From Crocosphaera subtropica ATCC 51142 (GTDB taxonomy: Bacteria; Cyanobacteriota; Cyanobacteriia; Cyanobacteriales; Microcystaceae), in NCBI RefSeq assembly GCF_000017845.1, contig NC_010546.1:2580001-2612000 (forward strand): DNA of 32,000 bases, read 5' to 3'. The position numbers and the translations under genes are program-made. Below are positions 9,177 to 18,427 of this stretch, piece by piece; within the stretch, counting starts at the first letter, position 1, and each line of letters opens with the position of its first letter. The notes below the pieces were generated by a model. The model had not been told where the DNA came from, did no database searches, and was given only the letters and a program-made list of their open reading frames with translations.

Positions 9177-9821
9177 ATGTCTGCTTGTCAAACTGTTTGG
9201 ATTGCACGGCATGGAAACCGTCTTGATTTTGTTAAACCAGACTGGTTTAATACAGCCGAAAGACGCTACGATCCTCCTTTATCAGAAGATGGTTTTATTC
9301 AGGCAAAACAACTCGGACAACGTCTTCAAAATGAGAACATTAACCATATTTTTGCCTCTCCTTTTTTACGCACTATACAAACTGCTTCTGAAGTCGCAAA
9401 AATTCTCGATCTTCCTATTAAATTGGAAGCAGGAATTGGAGAATGGCATAATCCCCACTGGATGAGTGAACATCCCGAAACTCACCCCAGAGAATTATTA
9501 GAAAAAGATTATCCTTATATTGACTGGAATTATACTTCTTTTTGTTTGCCTCAATATCCAGAGATGGAAGTTACTATGATGAAAAGAATGGCAGAGGTTG
9601 CTCAAGAATTAGTGGATCATTATTCTGAGAATATTTTATTAGTGGGACATGGAGCATCAGTTATGGGATTAACCCAAGGATTAACCCAAGAAACTCCTAT
9701 GTTTCAACCCTCTTTATGTTGTTTATCAAAATTAGTTAAAACTGGCAATAAATGGGCAATAGAATTAGGGGGAGACACTTCCCATTTAAGTGAAACTGAA
9801 GAAGACGTTCGTCTTGTTTAG
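9177..9821 (+). CDS. Histidine phosphatase family protein (phosphoglycerate-mutase-like)
   Basis: The RHG catalytic motif (VWIARHGNRLDF) lies near the N-terminus. SPFLRTIQTA and a second His motif LLVGHGASV are also present. The ORF track opens at TTG 9171; I prefer ATG 9177. Confidence 0.8.
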   Translation: MSACQTVWIARHGNRLDFVKPDWFNTAERRYDPPLSEDGFIQAKQLGQRLQNENINHIFASPFLRTIQTASEVAKILDLPIKLEAGIGEWHNPHWMSEHPETHPRELLEKDYPYIDWNYTSFCLPQYPEMEVTMMKRMAEVAQELVDHYSENILLVGHGASVMGLTQGLTQETPMFQPSLCCLSKLVKTGNKWAIELGGDTSHLSETEEDVRLV

Positions 9822-9866
9822 GACAATAAAATTAAGTAAAATTGTTGAATATAAAAAATAATAATT

Positions 9867-10325
9867 ATGTATCAAAAACTCTTGTCATTCATTTTTCTTG
9901 TAAGCATAGCAGCAACTAATATCCCCGTTATGGCACAGAATAATCCCCTAGAAGCTTATCGCTGGCAAAATCGACTTTTATTAGTATTTGTTCCCCAAGT
10001 TGAAGACGGTCGTTTAACATCTCTACAAAACACCCTGAATCAAGTTGAATGCGAATTTAAAGATAGGGATTTATTATTAGGAGTATTAACTAGAAATGCC
10101 CCTAGTCGCATCGGAAATAACTTAATTTCCTCTTATCATGAAGCACAACTTCGAGCAAAATATGGGGTTAATTACAATCAGTTTGCTGTCATTTTAATTG
10201 GTAAAGACGGACAACCCAAAAACCAATTATCTGAGGTACCAGAAATAGAAAAAATATTTGGACAAATTGATAATATGCCTATGCGTCAACAGGAAATGGC
10301 TAACCGTTCTAATCACTGTAATTAA
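9867..10325 (+). CDS. Secreted DUF4174-like protein
   Basis: 152-aa ORF with a signal peptide (LSFIFLVSIAATNIPVMAQ). The motifs YRWQNRLLLVF, FAVILIGKDGQPK and IDNMPMRQQEM match what I recall of the DUF4174 family signature. Confidence 0.6.
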   Translation: MYQKLLSFIFLVSIAATNIPVMAQNNPLEAYRWQNRLLLVFVPQVEDGRLTSLQNTLNQVECEFKDRDLLLGVLTRNAPSRIGNNLISSYHEAQLRAKYGVNYNQFAVILIGKDGQPKNQLSEVPEIEKIFGQIDNMPMRQQEMANRSNHCN

Positions 10326-10333
10326 CCTGGGTT

Positions 10334-10443
10334 AACCTGAGTTCAGGGTTAGGAGTTAGAATTTTTTTAACGAGGGAATCAGGGTTTGAGACTTCTTGTT
10401 GGTTGTCAGTTTTCCATAGATTCTCTTCCGTCGAACTCAGGTT
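10334..10443. mobile_element. MITE-like non-autonomous repeat, short copy (110 bp) with perfect 11-bp terminal inverted repeats
   Basis: TIRs are aacctgagttc (10334-10344) and gaactcaggtt (10433-10443). The 65-nt internal core at 10358-10422 is 63/65 identical to 24781-24845. The element sits between the convergent 3' ends of the DUF4174 gene and opcA and has no coding capacity. Confidence 0.6.
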
Positions 10444-10493
10444 CAGAATAAAAAAGCTATTTCTAATTATATTAGATATTATATTTATTCGTA

Positions 10494-10534
10494 CAAAAAA
10501 ACGAGTTTTATGGCAATTATTACCCTAAAACTCG
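10494..10534 (-). terminator. Rho-independent terminator candidate downstream of opcA
   Basis: On the minus strand a 9-bp stem pairs cgagtttta (10502-10510) with taaaactcg (10526-10534), plus 2 inner GC pairs. It is followed by a run of 7 T (the + strand A-run at 10495-10501). It begins 26 nt after the opcA stop. Confidence 0.55.
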
Positions 10535-10559
10535 CCCTTACAAATCATGATAATTCTAG

Positions 10560-11930
10560 TTAGTTATTCTCTGCTAACTGAAGAATCGCCATCATAACGT
10601 CAATACTCTCTTCATACAAAGCATCAGGTCCCCAACGTTGCAGTTGTTTCTCAATTAACTGATCAGTTTTTTGATCTGCTAAAGAGGTTACTTGTTCGAT
10701 GCGACAAGCTTGCGCCCCACCTGATGCTTCCATCCGCATACATCCGGTAGTTCCAGAACATAACACCGTACAACAGTCTGCTTGTAAATTAGTAGAACTC
10801 AACTTAATACTAATTAAGTCCCCTAATACATCACCCCAATCAGCTAAAGGAACCCCTGCTAACTCAGCTTCAATGGTCTTTTGTTCATTATTGATGAACT
10901 TTACCCGAAGCATATCATAATCTCCCCCTTCGTGTTCATAGGACACGGGTTTCCATTGCAAACGACTGGCTACCCATCCTAAGAACATCACAGCTTGAGC
11001 AGGATTGCCTTTTTCATAATCGATAGTAACCCTATCAATCTCTAGCACTGCACTGCGACGTTCTGGAGGATCAAAGGCTGCAGCCGTTAATTCTTGCCAA
11101 GGGCTAAGTCTTGCCCAGTTTAAGTCGGCTAGGGGGATATTTTGGTCTAACATCTGCCCTAGTTGTAATAACTGGGTTTCGGGTTCACTAAAGGTACTGG
11201 AGTCAACCACTAAGGTGTCTCCTTGGGAGGCTAACCGCTTAAACAGTCCATATTCGGGTTCAGGACTAGCCTTCCACCAAACAAAGGTAGGTAGACCACT
11301 GATGGTTAATTCTGAGATAATGCCCCCTACTCTCTCTAGCGCAGCGGCCGTTCCTCTGAGGGTGATATATTCGCAGCAGATTAAGGTGTTTTGACTGCGC
11401 TTATTAATAGGACAATATGCCGAAACCTGTGCCTTAACCCCTTCGTCTTCTCCCACAGTGGGACAGAGGGTAATAATACGACAAGGGTTAGAAGCAGCAA
11501 TACTATCAGCGATCCCCGTTCCTTCTAAATCTGGAGAATAGGAACCAGCGGCCACTTTTTGCTGTTCGTTAAGTTGACCATTAGCTTTTGCTTGTTCAAA
11601 CTCGGTTTGCAATTTATGGATAAAATCTTGATTTGATTTACCCGTAACCTCCAGAGCATAGGCTTTTTGTGCGGATTTAATAGCTGCTGTGGTACGGGGT
11701 CCAGCAATGCCATCAATCGGGCCAGTGTAAAATCCCAAGGCTGCTAATAGGTATTGAGTGGGTTCGGGTTCATAAACGATAAAAGTAAAGGAAGTGGCAC
11801 GGGTAGCAATGATTCCATCTTCATTATCGCTATAACTTTGCCAAATACTGCGTAATTCTGCCTCAATGACATCAATCGAGACATCTTTGGGGTCTTGCAG
11901 AGAAACTAAAGGGGGAGTTTGGGTAGTCAT
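10560..11930 (-). CDS. opcA: Glucose-6-phosphate dehydrogenase assembly/allosteric activator protein OpcA
   Basis: 456-aa ORF immediately downstream of zwf on the same strand, which is the conserved cyanobacterial zwf-opcA arrangement. The N-terminus LQDPKDVSIDVIEAELRSIWQS is typical of OpcA. A peptidoglycan-binding-like segment LLAALGFYTGPIDGIAGPRTTAAIKSAQKAYALEVTG is present. Confidence 0.88.
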   Translation of the reverse strand: MTTQTPPLVSLQDPKDVSIDVIEAELRSIWQSYSDNEDGIIATRATSFTFIVYEPEPTQYLLAALGFYTGPIDGIAGPRTTAAIKSAQKAYALEVTGKSNQDFIHKLQTEFEQAKANGQLNEQQKVAAGSYSPDLEGTGIADSIAASNPCRIITLCPTVGEDEGVKAQVSAYCPINKRSQNTLICCEYITLRGTAAALERVGGIISELTISGLPTFVWWKASPEPEYGLFKRLASQGDTLVVDSSTFSEPETQLLQLGQMLDQNIPLADLNWARLSPWQELTAAAFDPPERRSAVLEIDRVTIDYEKGNPAQAVMFLGWVASRLQWKPVSYEHEGGDYDMLRVKFINNEQKTIEAELAGVPLADWGDVLGDLISIKLSSTNLQADCCTVLCSGTTGCMRMEASGGAQACRIEQVTSLADQKTDQLIEKQLQRWGPDALYEESIDVMMAILQLAENN

Positions 11931-12053
11931 AATAGTTTAGTTATTCAAGGGAGTTGAGAGTTAATTTAATGAGGTGGTAGAAGCCAAAACGAGTGTCTTT
12001 TCAAACTTCTGTGCCATAGCACTAGACCAGAGCGAGGACCTTCTAACTTCCTT

Positions 12054-13583
12054 CTACAAACGTCGCCAGCGACGGCCATCACGGTTCAATAAAAATTCCG
12101 CTTCAGTGGGTTCCCAGGTTCCGGCTTCGTATTGGGGAACACTGTTAGGTTCGGCCGGTCCATCCCATGCAGATAACACAGGAGTCACCACTCGCCACGC
12201 TTCTTCAACTTCGTCAGCACGGGTAAACAGGGTTTGATCCCCTAACATGGCATCTAATAGGAGGCGGTGATAAGCGTCTGCTGTGGCCATACCGAAAGAA
12301 GACCCATAGTTAAAGTCCATTTCCACCGAACGAGTCCGTAGTTCTGACCCTGGCATTTTAGCTTCAAACTTCAGGGCAATGCCTTCGTTGGGTTGTATCC
12401 GCATACTAAGGACATTAGGACTGGTTTGATGGGCTGCTGACTGGAAGATCAGTAAGGGTACGTCTTTAAATTGGATGGAGATTTCTGTTACTTTTTTGGG
12501 GAGACGTTTTCCAGTTCTCAGGTAGAAGGGGACACCGTTCCATCGCCAGTTATCTACCATCAGTTTCATGGCAACATAGGTAGGGGTTGAAGAGTTTTCG
12601 GCCACGCCGGGTTCTTCTAAATATCCAGGAACAGGCTTTCCTTTCATCCACCCAGCTTTATATTGTCCTCGAATGGCTGATTTTTCGAGGTTATGAACAT
12701 CGTAAAGGCGAGTTGCCTGTAATACTTTAACTTTTTCGCTACGAATACTATCAGCATTCAAGGCATTGGGAGGTTCCATAGCGGTTAGACAGAATAGCTG
12801 CATGAGGTGGTTTTGCAGCATATCCCGTAATGCACCAGAGGTATCGTAATAGCCGGCTCTATCTTCTACCCCAACGGTTTCAGCTACGGTTATTTGGACG
12901 TGATCCACAAATTGACGGTTCCATAGGGGTTCAAAAATAGCGTTGGCAAAGCGGAACACTAACAGGTTTTGGACGGTTTCTTTGCCTAAATAGTGGTCAA
13001 TGCGATAAACCTGTTCTTCTTTACACACATTTTGTACAATGCGGTTGAGAACCTGGGCCGAACTTAAGTCCTTGCCAAAAGGTTTCTCGATGACGATGCG
13101 GTGTTTCATGGGGTCGCTCAACATTCCTGCCGCCCCTAACTGTTTAATCCCTGGGGGGAAGAACTTCGGAGACACAGACAGGTAAAAGACACGATTCCCT
13201 CTAGTGCCTCGTTTGCCGTCTAATTCTTCTAAAAAGCTTTTTAATTTTTGATAACTCTCAGGATCATCCATGTTTCCTGAGCAATAGTATAATCCTTCAG
13301 CGAAGTCGTTCCATAATTCTTCGTTACCAATGCCGTCGGAAAATTCTTCAATCCCCTCACGCATTTGTTCTCTAAAATAATCATGGCTCCAGTCTCTACG
13401 GGCAACCCCCACCACAGTTAATTCTGGGGGGAGTCGTCGTTCCTGTTTCATCTTGTAGAGAGCGGGAACGAGTTTACGTTGAGTGAGGTCGCCGGATGCT
13501 CCAAAAATGACAAGTATTAAGGGTTCTGGGGTTCTTTCCTGGCGCAGTCCAACGCGAAACGGGTTTTCTAACAGCGTTACCAT
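12054..13583 (-). CDS. zwf: Glucose-6-phosphate 1-dehydrogenase
   Basis: The NADP-binding motif is [12 protein letters not shown] and the active-site nonapeptide is RIDHYLGKE; EKPFG is also present. The ORF track opens at 13658, but I prefer the internal Met at 13583 ([13 protein letters not shown]...). That start gives a 509-aa product, typical of cyanobacterial Zwf. Confidence 0.95.
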   Translation of the reverse strand: MVTLLENPFRVGLRQERTPEPLILVIFGASGDLTQRKLVPALYKMKQERRLPPELTVVGVARRDWSHDYFREQMREGIEEFSDGIGNEELWNDFAEGLYYCSGNMDDPESYQKLKSFLEELDGKRGTRGNRVFYLSVSPKFFPPGIKQLGAAGMLSDPMKHRIVIEKPFGKDLSSAQVLNRIVQNVCKEEQVYRIDHYLGKETVQNLLVFRFANAIFEPLWNRQFVDHVQITVAETVGVEDRAGYYDTSGALRDMLQNHLMQLFCLTAMEPPNALNADSIRSEKVKVLQATRLYDVHNLEKSAIRGQYKAGWMKGKPVPGYLEEPGVAENSSTPTYVAMKLMVDNWRWNGVPFYLRTGKRLPKKVTEISIQFKDVPLLIFQSAAHQTSPNVLSMRIQPNEGIALKFEAKMPGSELRTRSVEMDFNYGSSFGMATADAYHRLLLDAMLGDQTLFTRADEVEEAWRVVTPVLSAWDGPAEPNSVPQYEAGTWEPTEAEFLLNRDGRRWRRL

Positions 13584-13806
13584 AAGCTTCTTCTTGGCTC
13601 CTTCGATAGTCTCTAGTTTAACGAGAACTCTTTTGAAGATAGGTAAGTTATTACACAAAATTAAGCTTTGGTATATCGTGATGTTGATAATCTATACTGT
13701 AGACTTTTATAATATGAGGGAGTATTTTCTGTTTATTCCAATTATTAAAAATTAGTTATTAAGTTAACTCTATAAATATTAATGGCTTTTTCCTGATTGA
13801 GCAAAA

Positions 13807-15312
13807 ATGTTTTTACAATTAATTAATCGACAAAAATTGAGTTCTATTGCTCTGCTAATAGTGTATCTCATCCTGGCAATCATTATTGTTCCGATAATTG
13901 TTCCCATTAAAGAGGAATTTCAATTTAATTTTGATGAAGGAATTGAAACCATGAGGGCTTTATTGTATATGAAAGGGTTTTTACCTCATCAAGAAATTTG
14001 GAGTGATCATCCTTTTTTATTTACTCAATTTCTTTCAGTGTGGTTGACCATATTTGGAAAATCTATTTTGTGGGCTCGTCTTTTAACTATAAGTTTTTCT
14101 GCTTTACTGATCTGGTTTTTGTTTGAGACTATTCGCCTTGATTTAGGTATTTTTCCAGCTTTTATTGGCTCTTTATCTTTGGCTGCTTCGTCAGGATTTA
14201 TTAGGTTTAGTAGTGCTGTTATGATCGGTATTCCAGCTTTATCTTTCACTATCATTTCTATATATTTTTTGTTTATTTATAAACATCACAAAAAGAACTA
14301 TTTATTGGCTCTTTCGGGTGTTTTTTTTGCCTTAGCTTTACAAATTAAGTTCTTAACTGTATTTTTGATACCTATGAACTTAATGCTAATTATAATCAGT
14401 CATAAAAAACCTGTTGAAGAAGATTTGAAAATAACTAGAAAGATAATTAATTCTGTTTCAATTTGGCTTGTATCTTTTACAATTATCTTTTTAAGCTTAT
14501 CTTTCTTTTTTCATGCCTTAAGCTATGAACAGCTTTTGGGAACTCACTTTGGTAGTGAAGTTAAAACAGCCTTTTCTACTAAGAATGGTTTTAAATTTTT
14601 AAGCCAGGTTATTATAAATAAGGATTTTGATTTATTCTATTTGGCTATTTTAGGCGTATGCGTCGTTTTTATCAAACGTAAATGGGAAGGTTTATTTCCA
14701 GTTGCTTGGTTAGGAACGGCAACTTTACTACTTATTAATCATCAACCAGTGTGGCCCCATCACTATTGTTTAATTGCTATTCCTATGGCTTGGTTAGCAG
14801 CTTATGGTTCTGTTCCCTGTGTTAATTTGTTTAAACATCGTCAATATTTACTTAAGCCTAAAAAAATGAAAATTCATAATTATATGTTAGGAATTATTTC
14901 ATTGGGGCTAATGATTTTTTTATTAATCAACCTTAAACCTAAAGTTGCGAGAGATATTCCCAGTCTTCAACAAGATTATAGTTCACAATTTGCAGTTGTT
15001 AATCGTCTTGCTGACAAGAGAAATTCAACAAAATGGCTATTCACAGATGTTCCTATTTATGGCTTTTATGCTGATTTAGTGGTTCCCCCAGAAATTGCTG
15101 TTTTTTCTACTAAACGAATTAAAACAAAACAACTCACTCAAGAGCAAGTATACGAATTATTGCTAAAGTATCAACCTGAGCAAATTTTAATTGGTCGATT
15201 TAAAGGTTTCTTTTATACATCTAGTCATATTAATTCCTATATCAATCAATTTTATGTGAAAAGCGATGATATTTCTGTTGCTGATCACTATGTTATAAAA
15301 TCTCTGAAATGA
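13807..15312 (+). CDS. Polytopic membrane glycosyltransferase, GT-C fold (GT39 / ArnT / PMT_2-like)
   Basis: 501-aa ORF with at least 10 hydrophobic segments. An Asp-Glu motif sits in the first extracytoplasmic loop (FNFDEGIETMRA), as in PMT/ArnT-type enzymes. It has a soluble C-terminal ~120 aa. Confidence 0.55.
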   Translation: MFLQLINRQKLSSIALLIVYLILAIIIVPIIVPIKEEFQFNFDEGIETMRALLYMKGFLPHQEIWSDHPFLFTQFLSVWLTIFGKSILWARLLTISFSALLIWFLFETIRLDLGIFPAFIGSLSLAASSGFIRFSSAVMIGIPALSFTIISIYFLFIYKHHKKNYLLALSGVFFALALQIKFLTVFLIPMNLMLIIISHKKPVEEDLKITRKIINSVSIWLVSFTIIFLSLSFFFHALSYEQLLGTHFGSEVKTAFSTKNGFKFLSQVIINKDFDLFYLAILGVCVVFIKRKWEGLFPVAWLGTATLLLINHQPVWPHHYCLIAIPMAWLAAYGSVPCVNLFKHRQYLLKPKKMKIHNYMLGIISLGLMIFLLINLKPKVARDIPSLQQDYSSQFAVVNRLADKRNSTKWLFTDVPIYGFYADLVVPPEIAVFSTKRIKTKQLTQEQVYELLLKYQPEQILIGRFKGFFYTSSHINSYINQFYVKSDDISVADHYVIKSLK

Positions 15313-15342
15313 TTAATTTAATGTTCCATATAGCTAATAGAG

Positions 15343-16308
15343 TTAATCTTGATTTTTGTTTTGATTTTTAATTCGTTGAATCTCTTTTTGTAATTCTTCA
15401 ATTTGTTTCCTTAAGTTTTCTGCTTCCTCAGTCTGATCAACTGTTACAGCCTCACTTTTTTGAGATGTTTTATAATTTCCTTGACGAATATTTTGATAGT
15501 CATTAGAATTCGCCCAATTTTGTAAATAATGGACTCGATCAACTGGAAAAGGATGACTTAAAAATACTCCATTACCTCCATTATAAATCAGAAATTTATA
15601 AAGTTGATTGAGATCATCTTCATCTAATTCCCGATACTTATCTGCCTGTTTTAAGAACTCATCTAAATGACATTCATGGGCATATTTATGACTTCCTCCA
15701 GCCATTTTCATCATCATCCTAAAAATGGGTTCAGGATCATCAATGACTAATAAAGCAGCCCTATCAGCCGATAATTCTGCCTTTCTTCGCCATTCATAAA
15801 AAGCAAAAATCAAACCACTACTAATAATATTACCTAAGCCTAAAGTTAATTCTCCAAATAAAGAAGCTGCACCCATCGCCCAAATTGCCATTTGAATTAA
15901 TAAACTATGATCACATTTTATATGACCTAATTCATGGGCAATGACGGTTCTCAATTCGATTTCATCAGATAAGTCTAATAAACCAGCATTTAAAACAATA
16001 TAAGGCTGTTGTTTACCCAAAGAATAAGCATTAGCAATCGGGTTTTGACTAACATAAATTAAGGGTTCAGGATTAATATCTAAATCATAAACTGTTTCTC
16101 TGAAAATACCATATAAAGTTCCATATTGACGGGGACCGACTTTAATACTATTTCCCATTAAAGAAATTTGCTGAGGTCTTTCATAAAGATACTCCATGAA
16201 GCTACTAGCAACAATATCAAACCCAGGAACACTTCTTAAAGTTTGTTCTGCTTGTTTATCTAAGGGATGACGAAACGCTTCGCTTGAAAGTCCAGGATAA
16301 CTAGACAT
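15343..16308 (-). CDS. M48-family zinc metallopeptidase
   Basis: The HExxH motif is IAHELGHIKCDH and a downstream ELSADR Glu-containing motif is present. There are two hydrophobic segments after the HExxH and a charged coiled-coil C-terminus. Confidence 0.85.
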   Translation of the reverse strand: MSSYPGLSSEAFRHPLDKQAEQTLRSVPGFDIVASSFMEYLYERPQQISLMGNSIKVGPRQYGTLYGIFRETVYDLDINPEPLIYVSQNPIANAYSLGKQQPYIVLNAGLLDLSDEIELRTVIAHELGHIKCDHSLLIQMAIWAMGAASLFGELTLGLGNIISSGLIFAFYEWRRKAELSADRAALLVIDDPEPIFRMMMKMAGGSHKYAHECHLDEFLKQADKYRELDEDDLNQLYKFLIYNGGNGVFLSHPFPVDRVHYLQNWANSNDYQNIRQGNYKTSQKSEAVTVDQTEEAENLRKQIEELQKEIQRIKNQNKNQD

Positions 16309-16567
16309 TGTTTCCTCTCTTTAAATTTTTGATAATTAATTATCTATTCTACAATAAATAATGAAAGAGTTGAAGACTAACAATTGCTATCTCTCATTGA
16401 AACAAAACATAAGTAAATATAAGAAAACAGAACAATCAATAGACAATGACCAACTCTCAACTGAGTAGTGATTATCTAGATAATTTTCATAACAGGTTGA
16501 CTTGTCCTCCAATAGATACGCTATAATTTTAATCATTTATAATCTTATAAGTAAAATTAACATAGTG

Positions 16568-17500
16568 ATGAAAACAGTATTATTTTTTAGTAAACGTTTT
16601 TTTAAGATAGCAAGGAGAAGAAAACCTTTACAACAAGTCGACTTATTACATTCTGCAAGAAGCGATTTATATCATTGGTTATTAGCCTTATCTTGGCAAA
16701 AATTTCTCTTATTAACCACTATTTTTTATTTAGTTACTAATATTATCTTTGCTACTGCTTATTTAACCGCAGGAGATGGAATTGCTAATGCTAAGCCAGG
16801 ATCATTTAAAGATGCCTTTTTCTTTAGTATTCAAACCTTATCCACTGTGGGATATGGTTCGATGTATCCTGAAACTATCTATGCTCAAATTTTAGTAACG
16901 ATAGAAGTATGGACAGGATTATTATTACTTGCTATTTTAACCGGGTTAATGTTTGCTCGTTTCTCTCGTCCTACCGCAAGGGTTTTATTTAGTAAAGTAG
17001 CAGTTATTTGTCCATTTAATGGAGTTCCTACTCTCATGTTTCGTACCGCAAATCAACGAGAAAATCAAATTTTAGAAGCACAAATACAAGTTAGTTTAGT
17101 GCGTAACGAAATCAGTAGTGAAGGTCATTTCATGCGCCGTTTTTATGATCTAAATTTATTGCGATCGCAGACTCCTATTTTTGGCTTAAGTTGGCAAGTA
17201 ATGCACCCCATTGATAAAAATAGTCCACTTTTTGGTACATCAGCCGATATTTTAGCTCAAGAAAATGCAGAACTTTGGGTAACATTAACAGGTTTAGATG
17301 AAACCTTTTCTCAAACCATCCATGCTCGTTATTTATACAGCTATCAAGACATTTTATGGGATATGAAATTGGTTGATATTTTCTTACAAGCTTCCGATGG
17401 TAAGTATTATATTGATATTAATCGTTTTCATGATGTGATTGCTTTCTATCCCAAAGAAGTTAATTCCAGGGTTAAAACCTCCCGTGTGGCTGATCAATGA
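16568..17500 (+). CDS. Inward-rectifier-type potassium channel (KirBac-like)
   Basis: It has a 2-TM pore with the selectivity filter FSIQTLSTVGYG, followed by a Kir-type cytoplasmic beta-rich domain (RFSRPTARVLFS...). The ORF track opens at TTG 16502; I prefer ATG 16568 (MKTVLFF...). Confidence 0.85.
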   Translation: MKTVLFFSKRFFKIARRRKPLQQVDLLHSARSDLYHWLLALSWQKFLLLTTIFYLVTNIIFATAYLTAGDGIANAKPGSFKDAFFFSIQTLSTVGYGSMYPETIYAQILVTIEVWTGLLLLAILTGLMFARFSRPTARVLFSKVAVICPFNGVPTLMFRTANQRENQILEAQIQVSLVRNEISSEGHFMRRFYDLNLLRSQTPIFGLSWQVMHPIDKNSPLFGTSADILAQENAELWVTLTGLDETFSQTIHARYLYSYQDILWDMKLVDIFLQASDGKYYIDINRFHDVIAFYPKEVNSRVKTSRVADQ

Positions 17501-17512
17501 TACAACCCAAAG

Positions 17513-17561
17513 TGTCAAAGGAGCCAGACTTGAACCCCGAATACGGACATTTTCAGTTCCT
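17513..17561 (-). pseudogene. Possible decayed 3' half of a tRNA-Phe(GAA)-like gene (not functional)
   Basis: The minus strand reads AGGAA-CTGAAAA-TGTCC-GTATT-CGGGG-TTCAAGT-CTGGC-TCCTTTG-A. CTGAAAA is the canonical Phe(GAA) anticodon loop and GGTTCAAGTC is a T-loop consensus. The spacing between them is exactly tRNA-like (5-nt stem strand, 5-nt variable loop, 5-nt T-stem strand). However, the anticodon and T stems do not pair, and there is no D-arm or 5' acceptor strand upstream. Confidence 0.25.
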
Positions 17562-17652
17562 ATGACAAACATCAAGATTAACCCAATAAAGCGATCGCCG
17601 TTGAATCTCACCAACGACATTTGACCACACCCTTGAGTTACCCACCAGATCC

Positions 17653-18282
17653 CTAATCGGATAAGAGCAACTGACCAAGATAGCCTGTAACAATACGACG
17701 ACCATCTTTAAGAATGTGAACCTCAGTTTGGTCACTAGCCCAATTGATTCGGTTCTTTAAGGCTGAATTAAAGACATGGACTCGCTGATTGCGAGAAGAA
17801 ACAGGAGAATCGGGAGAATTGATGGCAAGAGAGCGAATATAAGGACCATCAATGAGAATATCGAGTTGCGCCAATAAATCCTGAGAGCCAGCAGGGGCAT
17901 CTTCAGATTGCAATTGCTCTAACGTAAATCCAGTAAATGACATGACATTAAGACCTTTTGCTTTAACTTTACGAGCTAACTCTGCTAAAGCTTGAGCTTG
18001 CCAAAAAGGTTCTCCTCCTGAAAAAGTAACCCCCTCATTGCGAGGATGACTCGATATTTTCTCAACTAATGTATTCACCGCTATTAACTGATTCATTTCA
18101 AAAGACCATGAGTCAGGATTAAAACAACCTGGACACTCTCGCAAACATCCCTGCACCCAGAGAACTGCACGATATCCAGGACCGTTTACTTCTGATTCAT
18201 CGACATAACCCATGAGGTTAAGATATCCGGGGGGAATTTCGTTTAAACTCAAATAAGGATTGACTGGGTTTTTGGAAGTCAT
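17653..18282 (-). CDS. nrdG: Anaerobic ribonucleoside-triphosphate reductase activating protein-like radical SAM enzyme
   Basis: The motif NGPGYRAVLWVQGCLRECPGCFNPDSW is the NrdG-type GPGxR...GCxxxCxGCxNxxxW radical-SAM cluster motif. GVTFSGGEPF, MSFTGF and ILIDGPY...RNQRV follow the NrdG layout. The ORF track opens at TTG 18312; I prefer ATG 18282 (MTSKNPV...). Confidence 0.8.
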   Translation of the reverse strand: MTSKNPVNPYLSLNEIPPGYLNLMGYVDESEVNGPGYRAVLWVQGCLRECPGCFNPDSWSFEMNQLIAVNTLVEKISSHPRNEGVTFSGGEPFWQAQALAELARKVKAKGLNVMSFTGFTLEQLQSEDAPAGSQDLLAQLDILIDGPYIRSLAINSPDSPVSSRNQRVHVFNSALKNRINWASDQTEVHILKDGRRIVTGYLGQLLLSD

Positions 18283-18427
18283 TGCTTTTGTTCGGGGACA
18301 TTGTTTAACCAATCAATTAATTATTACACACAAGCTTTGAAGATACATAAGTGGCAATAGCTATCAAAGGAGCATGATTCATTCGTCAACCTCATCAACA
18401 GACGATCGCTTTCAACCTAATTAATTT

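Noticed and set aside
9202-9465. 87-aa alternative-frame ORF inside the histidine phosphatase gene. The same class includes 10699..10920+, 11525..11716-, 11974..12237+, 13483..13755+, 14025..14255-, 19040..19285-, 19162..19404+, 19453..19635-, 25263..25445-, 30259..30471+ and 30275..30460-.
   Set aside because: Each overlaps a longer ORF that has clear family motifs, except 19453..19635-, which overlaps the SD and start of the giant gene. None has independent support.
13584-13658. 25-codon N-terminal extension of zwf in the ORF track, and similar TTG-initiated extensions of nrdG (18283-18312), Kir (16502-16567) and the histidine phosphatase (9171-9176)
   Set aside because: In each case an in-frame ATG gives an N-terminus matching the family norm (for example [10 protein letters not shown] for Zwf at 509 aa). 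The extensions add non-conserved residues. This remains unverified without alignment.
17384-17735. Three mutually overlapping small ORFs (17384..17620-, 17439..17624+, 17553..17735-) between the Kir gene and nrdG
   Set aside because: They overlap each other and the ends of two well-supported genes, and they have no RBS or motifs. The region is better explained as 3' UTR/terminator space containing the tRNA-like relic.
18313-18420. Search for an NrdR box or cobalamin riboswitch upstream of nrdG
   Set aside because: I saw no pair of 16-bp acaCwAtATaTwGtgt-like palindromes and no B12-box-like GCCACTG core in the 5' region. Only an AAGCTT-centred short palindrome is present.
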